From: Azolla caroliniana
Lineage: Eukaryota; Plantae; Polypodiophyta
Direction: 5' to 3'
Length of the DNA stretch: 64,000 nucleotides
Assembly (NCBI GenBank): GCA_043228905.1
Contig: JBHGNT010000001.1
Coordinates: forward strand, 13,268,001-13,332,000
Part shown: piece by piece, positions 30,601 to 39,778 of the stretch
How positions within the stretch are numbered: the first letter of the stretch is position 1
Layout: each line of letters begins with the position of its first letter
The notes under the pieces: generated by a model
The model's database searches: none
The model's input: the letters and a program-made list of their open reading frames with translations, nothing else
What the model was told of the DNA's origin: nothing
Translations under genes and position numbers: made by a program

Positions 30601-31281
30601 GCAATCGTACGGTCGATGATGAGGAAGTGTGTTGGCTTGTACTTTATCGAACACATCGGTGTAATGGCGATACTTCTCGGGAAGTTGAACGGTGGATTCT
30701 TCTTTAGTGGTGTTGGAGGGGTTTACTGATATTGCAAAGAGGAACATTTCCTCCTTGTGCCCTTCTTTACGCAACTGACGTAGCGAAATGGTTGCCATCT
30801 TCTGAGTTGACCCTTGGGTTTGTCGACACCAGATTTCTCTTGTTTTCCAATCTATGTCAGGGTTATGTAACTCGAACCACGGTAGTCCTAAAACTATAGG
30901 ATGTTCTGGGATACTAATAATATTAAATGATACTACACATACTAAGTTATCTAGGACAATATTAATGGGCTCTGACTCTTCTAGGATATTTCCGGAAGCA
31001 ATGGGACGTCCATCAATGACTACTACAGAGGCTGGACACTGGAGTTTTCTTAGGGATATCTTATGAGCTTGAGCAAATTTCTTATCCATAAAGCAAGAGT
31101 TAGCTCCGGAATCTAGGAGTGCTAGGACATGTACTGGAGGGGTACTTTTAGTACTAACTATTACTTGGGCTACGAACACATCACTAACTTGCTTAGAGGG
31201 AATGGAACCACTAATGGGCTGCACAGATCTAGGGCTGTCCAACCAAACGGCTCCTATTTTGGCTGGACTTAGTCGTTTAAC
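27685..31281 (-). CDS. pol: Pol of chromovirus C (PR-RT-RNaseH-INT-chromodomain), -1 frame relative to gag
   Basis: LLDSGA, YLDD, EADASDF, INT HHCC and DDE core, GPF, and C-terminal chromodomain [35 protein letters not shown]. There is no ATG at the start of the frame. The stop lies inside the 3' LTR. Confidence 0.93.
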   Translation of the reverse strand, partial: [1198 protein letters not shown]

Positions 31282-32420
31282 TCTTCTTCTAACTGACTAA
31301 GGACATCAAATTTGTTTGCTAGATCTGGGATATTAGTACTATTAGGACTATCAGATATCCCTACTGAAATAGGTTCGGATTTAGTACAATTAGAACTAGC
31401 GACTATTTGGTTTACCTGTCTTCTTGGCCTATGGGGGCAATTTATTGCGATATGTCCTGGTCCACCGCAGTAAAGACATAGTCGATTTGTACGGCGTCGC
31501 TGCTTTTCTTCTTCGGATAATGGCCCTCGACGACGTGTAGTGTCAATCTCCATCGGAGTCGGAGTATTCGCTGGAGACGCATTATATGACTCCCTCGGAA
31601 AAGGTCTTGCTACCACTGAGGCGTAGGTGGGCTCTGATCTTGCCCTCGGCATCTGTAGCTGTCGTTCCGAACGTCGCTCAAAGAGGCGGTTGTCACATCT
31701 CACCGCGCGACTGATTGCTTCTGTTAAGGACTTTGGCTCTTCGGGGAAGGTCAAGAGTAAATCCTTGACGTCGTTGCGTAAACCATAACGGAATTGCTCC
31801 ATCAACGCTTGATCATCCCAAGGGATATCGGCGGCGAGTAGGCGAAAATCTGCAGCGTATGCGGAGGCTGGACGGTCACCTTGGCGTAATCGCCGGATTT
31901 TGTTGATTGCGGTCCTGATGCTGTCAGTATCTCCGAAACATGCTTTAAACTCACCTAGAAACCCTTCAAAATTGTTGAGTAACGGAGATTCCTTTTCTAA
32001 TAGTGGAGCGAACCATGACAACGCTGAGCCACTTAACAAAGTGCCTACTAAACCCACTCGTGATGCATCGGTGGGATATCGGGAAGGATGCATTTGAATA
32101 ACTAATCGTACCTGGTTAAGGAACCCTCTAAACTGCGATCGCGTTCCATCGAACTTCGTGGGAAGGCCAATCTTAGGTTCTTTATGAATCCCTTGTGTTC
32201 CGGGCCCATGTTGTTGCATCGCTACGATGGTGGCTTCGAGTTGTTGCACGCGTAACGCAAGTTCCCCATGTTGTTGTTGCGTTTGCTGATTTTCTAAGGA
32301 GATTTGCTGAAGATCCCCCAGCAACCGTTGGTTTTCTTGTTCCAAAGCATGGAACTTCTCCTTCAAGCATTGGAATTCCGAGAAAACAGATTGATATTCT
32401 TCAGCGCTAACAGTGGCCAT
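31269..32420 (-). CDS. gag: Gag of chromovirus C (coiled coil, capsid, CCHC zinc knuckle)
   Basis: 383-aa ORF with KFDGTRSQFRGFL, LRQGDRPASAYAADF, PTPMEID and CLYCGGPGHIAINC. Confidence 0.93.
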   Translation of the reverse strand: MATVSAEEYQSVFSEFQCLKEKFHALEQENQRLLGDLQQISLENQQTQQQHGELALRVQQLEATIVAMQQHGPGTQGIHKEPKIGLPTKFDGTRSQFRGFLNQVRLVIQMHPSRYPTDASRVGLVGTLLSGSALSWFAPLLEKESPLLNNFEGFLGEFKACFGDTDSIRTAINKIRRLRQGDRPASAYAADFRLLAADIPWDDQALMEQFRYGLRNDVKDLLLTFPEEPKSLTEAISRAVRCDNRLFERRSERQLQMPRARSEPTYASVVARPFPRESYNASPANTPTPMEIDTTRRRGPLSEEEKQRRRTNRLCLYCGGPGHIAINCPHRPRRQVNQIVASSNCTKSEPISVGISDSPNSTNIPDLANKFDVLSQLEEELND

Positions 32421-34362
32421 GGGATGAAAGAAAAGAGGAATAAAAGATTAGTAGGAAATGAGAGAGGCAGAAGGTAGGCAAATTGGTTCAAACTGTCATG
32501 AACAGTACTGAGACAGAGAAGGAATTAGTACTAAACGAAGAATTAGTACTATGAGAGGTGTGGAACTTCTTCGAGAGAAGGAAGAAGTGAGCGAGACAGA
32601 GAGAAAGAGAGAGAGAGAGAGAGTGATGATAAGAAAGATATTTATTATATGAAGAGAATATACAACGGTGGCTAAAAGGCTTAAGACTGGCGTTGAACCA
32701 ATTTGGTTCAACATAATGCCTAGTGCCCTCTTTTATAGTGTTTTCAGGAGTAATCCTGAAGCTTCTAGAATGTTCCAGAGAAATCTGGAATATACACTAA
32801 TTTCCTATAATAAAATGTAAATGAAAATAATATCCTACGTATTACAATAGATGGTCTAATGGTCAAGAGCTCGACCCATATAACCTAAGGTCATGGGTTC
32901 GAGTCTTGCCATATCATGACAAGGAGGGTGCTTTATGTAGTCACCCTCTCCCTTCATTAACTACAAGACTCATGGAGCATGGGGAATGTGAAAGCTCATA
33001 AGTTATGTGTCATAGAATATGATTCTATGACTCATACTAAATGCTAGAATACAAAGTGGTGACTTAATGGGGACTCTTGACCGTTGGAGTGTCTATTCAC
33101 TCTCAAGGTGAGTTCACACACTAGACCAAGTTGAGCTTGATTCTCAACACGCCCCCTCAAGCTCAAGTTGGGTCGGTTTCAGACGGTATTCGAAATCCGC
33201 TTTGACTCGCATTCCGGTGTCCGCGTTGACTCGTATCGACTTGCTTTATGCGGAGTTGCGGAATCCGTGTTCCAGCTTGCGTTGTGCGTAGTTGCGAAGT
33301 TTGTGCTTTGACTTGTGTCTTTCTTCGCGGCTTTGAGCGGTAGATCGGCTCTTCGCAGCTTCGTTGCATGGTTTCGAAATCCACACATTATTGCGTAATG
33401 CGCGGTTGTGGAATCTACACGTTATTGTGTAGTGTCTTGCGTACTCCCCCTCAAGCTTGGTAGGTCAGGGATCGTCAATCCGAGATTGGTCATGAATTGC
33501 CATAGCTTGTCGGCTCCTAAAGCCTTAGTGAAGATGTCGGCCGTTTGAAGATTTGTGCTAATGTGTTGTAGGTCAACATCGCCAGCTAGAACGCGCTCTC
33601 GGATGAAGTGATAGTGCACTTCGATGTGCTTTGTCCGCGTGTGGAACACCGGGTTCCGAGTCAGATATATATTGCTCATGTTGTCATAGTAAAGGGAAGT
33701 CGGATCCTTGATGGGTACGCCCAGATCCTTCAAAATCCTCTTGAGCCATACGGCTTCACACGCAGCTACGGCTGCGCCCCTGTATTCCGCCTCCGTACTC
33801 GAAAGAGCGACGGTATGCTGCTTCTTGCTACTCCAGGATATTGCTCCGCTGCCGAGGGAGAAAAAAAATCCAGAGGTTGATCTTCTATCGGCTTTGTAGC
33901 CGGCCCAATCGGCATCTGTGTACCCCTCGAGTCATATTGGCATCGCGGTCTTGTAGAGGATGCCGCAATCCATTGTGCCGCTCACGTAGCGTAGAACTCG
34001 ATTAGCGCAATCCAAGTGAGTATCACGCAGTGTTTGCATTAATTGGCTAAGGAGACCGACCGGATATTTGAGATCGGGTCGTGTGATCGTGACGTAGATG
34101 AGACTCTCGATGAGTTGCCGATACTGAGTCAGCTCACGCGCTTTGGTGCCGGAGTTCGCATCTAGTTTGAGAATACGATAGAGCGGGGTTGCCACGGATT
34201 TGCACTCAGCCATCCCGAACTTCTACAGTAAGTTGAGGATGTAGTGCCGTTGAGAGATCATGATTCCGGTCGGAGTCTGAATTACCTCGATGCTGAGGAA
34301 GTAGTGGAGCTCCTGCATGTCCGTCATCTCGAACTTGTCGGAAAGGAGGGATTTGACCTTAT

Positions 34363-37300
34363 TGTTGGGATTACGGTCCCTCCGGATGGGATGGTCAGAT
34401 GTCCGGGAATCGGGAATGAAGACCCGAATGAGGAGTACCCGGTATCGGAACCGGATGATGAAGACCCGGTTTCGGATCCGGATGATGAAGACCCGGTTTC
34501 GGATCCGGATGATGAAGACCCCGGCTACAGAGCCGGATGACGAATGTACCCGGAGAGAGATCTGGATGCGGGGACATATTTGTGAATATGTTTGCCAAGG
34601 GCCCTCTAGGCTGTATTTGTAAATAGCCCGAAAGTCATATGTGTATAAATATGACTTAGGGCAAACAGTTTTGTCGTTGCTGCTCATTTTTCTGTTTTCC
34701 ACTTAGAGGGAGCGAAGTGAGAGCAGCCGAGAGAGAGAGTGAGAGAGAGAGAGAAAGGAAGAGGTCGACGCCTCTGTGTAATACCGCCGCCTGTGGCGAG
34801 GACAGCGAGCTCAAGGTCGTCGCCTTGCAGCTCGCCACTGTACATTCCCTGCGTATAGTGATAGTTGGAGTCTTGCACTCCCGTGGTTTTTCCCGTCTAG
34901 GGTTTTCCACGCTAAACCCTGTGCATTCGAGTCTCTCTCTGTGTTTTTTCGATTTACTGCTGCATTGACTCGTGTTTCCTCGGTTGTGGCCGAGAGGCGA
35001 AGGTTTCGAACCGTCAATTTCTAACAATCTGGTATCAGAGCGACTGCAGTGCAGAAAATGGAAGGCGGCAGCAGCGGGCAGCCGGGGATGATGGTGCTGA
35101 ATGCGCAGAACTACGCCGACTGGAAGATAAAGATGGAGGATCTGCTCATTGTTCGGGACCTGTATGAACCGATCGACAGGTCGGAAATACCCAAGGGGGT
35201 ACTTGAGACAGAATGGAGGCTTCTGAACCGGAAAGCCGTTGCAACCATTCGGCAATACGTCGACGTGAGCGTTCTACAACATGTGGCGATCGACACCAAC
35301 GCATATGAGATGTGGCAGAAGCTGTCGGGCCTCTACGAGAGGAAGAATGCGTTGAATCGGACCTCCCTGATGAGGAAGATAGTGAACCTCAAGTACCGGG
35401 ACGGCGAGAGTATGGTGGAACACGTAAGCACGTTCATGGGATTCGTGAACCAGCTTGCGGCGATCAAGTTCCCGTTGGAGGATGCAATGCAAGCCATCAT
35501 GCTGATGTGTACATTGCCGGAAAGCTGGGAGAACTTGGTGGTGACTCTCAACACCTCCTGCACCGAAGATAACTTGTCCCTACAAACGGTAAAGACAAGC
35601 ATTCTGAACGAAGAAGCGCGTCGGAGAGATAAAGAACCGGCCTCCGATCCGAAGATGCTGCTTACCGAATCGGATCGGGGAAGACAACGGAACCGGAGTC
35701 CGCAAAGACGGGAGAAGTCGGGGACCCGGTCGCAGTCAAGAGGAAGGCCCACATGCTTCCACTATGGGAAGCCGGGGCACTTCCGAAAGAATTGTCGGCA
35801 TTACCGAAAAGACAACGGAGCCGACGACACCGATTTGAAGAAGTCTTCGGAACGGAACGGTGCTTACCGGGGAGCCACGGACCGAAATGGTTCGGATCGG
35901 CGAGGGCAGGACCGGAAAGGAACGACGGCACTCGCGGCAAGTGAAGAGGAGATCATGCTCATCACCGAAGAAGGTGAACTAAACATTGCCGGCGATGAGA
36001 CTACCTGGGTGGTCGATTCCGGAGCGTCGTTCCACCTGACCCCGGAAAGAAGATACTTCTCATCCTACACAGCCGGTGAGCATGGCTGTGTTCGGATGGG
36101 AAATGAAGGTACGTGCTGGATTGCCGGCATAGGAGACGTGTGGTTGACAACCTCAACCGGATGCAAAATGTTGCTGAAGGATGTCCGACACGTTCCGGAG
36201 GTTCGATTGAACCTGATTTCGGCCGGGAGGCTAGACGATGAAGGCTACACAGGTAGCATCCGGAACTGCGTAATGAAGTTCAGCAAGGGGAGCCTGATAG
36301 TGGCTCGGGCCCGGAAAGTCAACACACTGTACCTTATGAATGCCCGGTTGTGTCCGGAGGAGTTGAACGTGGCAGCCGACACTGCCGGTGAGCTGTGGCA
36401 CAAGAGACTGTGCCACATGAGTGAGAAGGGGATGAAGAGGCTTGCAGAAGACAACCTTATTCCAGTGAAGCATGTGCACCTGGAGAAGTGCACCGATTGC
36501 CTGGCCGGTAAGCAGAACCAAACCTCCTTCCACTCAAGGCCACCGACGAGACGTAGCGCACCATTGGAGTTGGTGCACACTGACATGTGTCAAGTAGAAA
36601 CGAAGTCACATGGCGGAGCCCAGTACTTCGTGACATTCATTGATGACCACAGCCGGAAGCTGTGGACGGCACCGTTGAAGACAAAGGACCAAGTGTTGTG
36701 CGTCTTCAAAGAACTCCACGCGAGAGTGGAAAGGGAATCCGACAAGAAGCTGAAAGCGATACGAGCGGATAACGGAGGGGAATACCGGGGGCAGTTCAAG
36801 GAGTACTGTCGCTCGAAGGGAATCCGGCTCGAGTTTACTGTGCCGAAGACGCCGGAACTGAACGGGCTGGCCGAGAGGATGAACCGGACCATAATGGAGA
36901 GGGTCCGGAGTATGCTGGCGCATGCGAAATTACCCAAGGGGTTTTGGGCTGAGGCAATGTCGACGGCGACATACGTGATAAACAGATCACCCTCAGTACC
37001 TTTGGACGGAGACACGCCGCAGAGAGTGTGGACCGGTAGGGAAGTATCCTACCGGCATCTGAAGGTGTTCGGGTGTCTCGCATATGTGCATGTGGCAAAG
37101 GACCGGAGAGGAAAGCTAGATCCAAAGACCCGGCCATGCATATTCCTCGGTTACGGCGATGACGAGTTCGGCTATCGAGTATGGGACCCGGTCGACAAAA
37201 AGATATTCCGGAGTCGTGATATCATCTTCATGGAGGACAAGACACTCGCCGACTGGGAGTCGGAGAAGAAGATGAAGAGCTCCAAGTCGACCGGTGAGGA

Positions 37301-39778
37301 TCAACTCTACGAGGAGCAGTCCCGACCGGCAAGGGACCGGTTAGCACTCGAGGATCCGGCCGAAGACGGTGAAGAAACAGAACCGGCCGAGGAAGATGAA
37401 ACTGATACCGGAACCGGCCCCGATCCCGAAATGGATTCGGATGAAGAGGAAACGGAGGAGCCGGTTACCGAAGCTCCGGAACGGAGATATCCTCTAAGAG
37501 AGAGAAGGGCCCCCCGGAGATTTCCGGAACCAGAGCACGTGCTGCTAACCGACGAGGGGGAGCCGGAGAGTTTTGAAGAAGCAAAGCTTGACACCCATAG
37601 CCGCAGGTGGTTAAGTGCCATGCAGGAGGAGATGGATTCCCTGCATGAGAACCACACATATGAACTTGTGGAGTTGCCGAAAGGAAAACGGGCACTTCGA
37701 AACAAGTGGGTGTTCAAGCTGAAACCGGGAGATGCCGGAAACCCCCCGAGATACAAAGCCAAGATCGTGGTGAAGGGGTTCCAACAGAAGAAGGGCGTCG
37801 ACTTCGACGAGATATTTGCCCCGGTAGTGAAGATGACCTCCATCCGGACGGTGCTGAGCATAGCGGCAAGCATGGACCTCGAGGTAGAACAGATGGACGT
37901 GAAGACGGCATTCCTTCACGGTGACCTCGAAGAAGAGATCTACATGCAGCAACCGGAAGGATTCGAGAAGAAAGGGAAGGAGCACCTGGTATGCCGGTTG
38001 AAGAAGAGCCTTTACGGACTGAAGCAGGCTCCCCGGCAATGGTACCGGAAGTTCGACTCTTTCATGACCGACGAAGGGTACCACAAAACGTAGTCCGATC
38101 ACTGCGTGTTTGTGAAGAAGTTCGAAGGAGGAGACTTTCTAATACTCCTCCGGTACGTGGACGACATGTTGATCGTCGGACGGGACCAGGTCAAGATACG
38201 GATGCTGAAGAAAGCGCTTCACCGAACCTTCTCAATGAAGGACCTGGGTCCGGCGAGGCAAATACTAGGGATGCACATCATCCGGGACCGGAAGAAGAAT
38301 CAGTTGTGGCTGTCACAAGAGAAGTACGTGACAAAGGTGCTTCACCGGTTCAACATGTCGGAAGCAAGACCGGTCGGGTCAACCCTCCCGGCAAACTGCA
38401 AGTTGTCCAGCAAGCAAAGCCCCAAGACAAAGGCTGAGAAGGAGGACATGATGAAAGTACCATATGCCTCTGCCGTCGGAAGCTTGATGTACGCAATGGT
38501 GTGTACAAGACCGGACATAGGATATGCAGTCGGAGTGGTGAGCCGGTACATGAGCAATCCCGGCAAAGAGCACTGGAACGCGGCCAAGTGGATACTCCGA
38601 TACCTGAAGGGCACGACAAACGTGTGCCTCCGATTTGGCTCCGGTAAGCCCGAACTCGACGGCTTTACCGATTCGGATATGTCGGCTGATGCAGATACCA
38701 GCCGGTCCACATCAGGGTATGTGATGACGTATGCAGGGGGAGCTGTTTCGTGGCAGTCGAGGCTGCAGAAGACGGTTGCGTTGTCAACCACGGAGGCGGA
38801 GTACATGGAGGCTGTTGAAGCCGGCAAGGAAATAATATGGATGAAGGACTTCATTAGAGAGCTCGGTATCCGGCAGGAGGAGTACCGACTCTACTGCGAC
38901 AGTCAGAGTGCCATCCACCTTGCGAAGAATGCGGCCTATCACTCCCGGACGAAGCACATCCAGCGAAGATATCACTGGATCCGGGAAAGGATAGAAGACC
39001 AGGAGTTCGTGCTGACGAAGATCCACACGGACGAGAACGGGTCAGATATGCTGACCAAAGTGCTCACACCCGACAAGCTGGAAGCGTGCCGGAAGAGGGT
39101 CGGACTGGAAAGACATCCCATGCCGAAGTGAGGGGGGAGTTTGTTGGGATTACGGTCCCTCCGGATGGGATGGTCAGATGTCCGGGAATCGGGAATGAAG
39201 ACCCGAATGAGGAGTACCCGGTATCAGAACCGGATGATGAAGACCCGGTTTCGGATCCGGATGATGAAGACCCCGGCTACGGAGCCGGATGACGAATGTA
39301 CCCGGAGAGAGATCTGGATGCGGGGACATATTTGTGAATATGTTTGCCAAGGGCCCTCTAGGCTGTATTTGTAAATAGCCCGAAAGTCATATGTGTATAA
39401 ATATGACTTAGGGCAAACAGTTTTGTCGTTGCTGCTCATTTTTCTGTTTTCCACTTAGAGGGAGCGAAGTGAGAGCAGCCGAGAGAGAGAGTGAGAGAGA
39501 GAGAGAAAGGAAGAGGTCGACGCCTTTGTGTAATACCGCCGCCTGTGGCGAGGACAGCGAGCTCAAGGTCGTCGCCTTGCAGCTCGCCACTGTACATTCC
39601 CTGCGTATAGTGATAGTTGGAGTCTTGCACTCCCGTGGTTTTTCCCGTCTAGGGTTTTCCACGCTAAACCCTGTGCATTCGAGTCTCTCTCTGTGTTTTT
39701 TCGATTTACTGCTGCATTGACTCGTGTTTCCTCGGTTGTGGCCGAGAGGCGAAGGTTTCGAACCGTCAATTTCTAACA
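34363..39778 (+). mobile_element. Ty1/copia element D (Tnt1/Tork-like), nearly intact, inserted in the RT of Copia B
   Basis: TSD CTTAT at 34358-34362 and 39779-39783. LTRs 34363-35026 (664 bp) and 39142-39778 (637 bp). PBS TGGTATCAGAGC at 35030-35041; PPT gaggggggag. Lineage is inferred from similarity to Tnt1 motifs. Confidence 0.96.
35058..39131 (+). pseudogene. Copia D gag-pol polyprotein with one in-frame stop (TAG 38091-38093)
   Basis: ORFs 35049-38093 and 38106-39131 are in the same frame. Motifs: VVDSGASFH, WHKRLCHM...CTDC, DNGGEY, QMDVKTAFLHG, YVDD, FTDSD. The knuckle is altered to CFHYGKPGHFRKNC. Confidence 0.92.

Larger units (their letters stand above)
27265..32921 (-). mobile_element. 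Ty3/gypsy chromovirus C (Tcn1/Tf1-sushi-like), apparently intact
   Basis: 428-bp LTRs at 27265-27692 and 32494-32921 (TGTCATGA...TCATGACA, 2 differences seen). TSD AGGAG at 27260-27264 and 32922-32926 lies inside the 3' LTR of Copia B. PPT aaaggggggatag. Intact gag and pol. Lineage name is inference. Confidence 0.96.
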
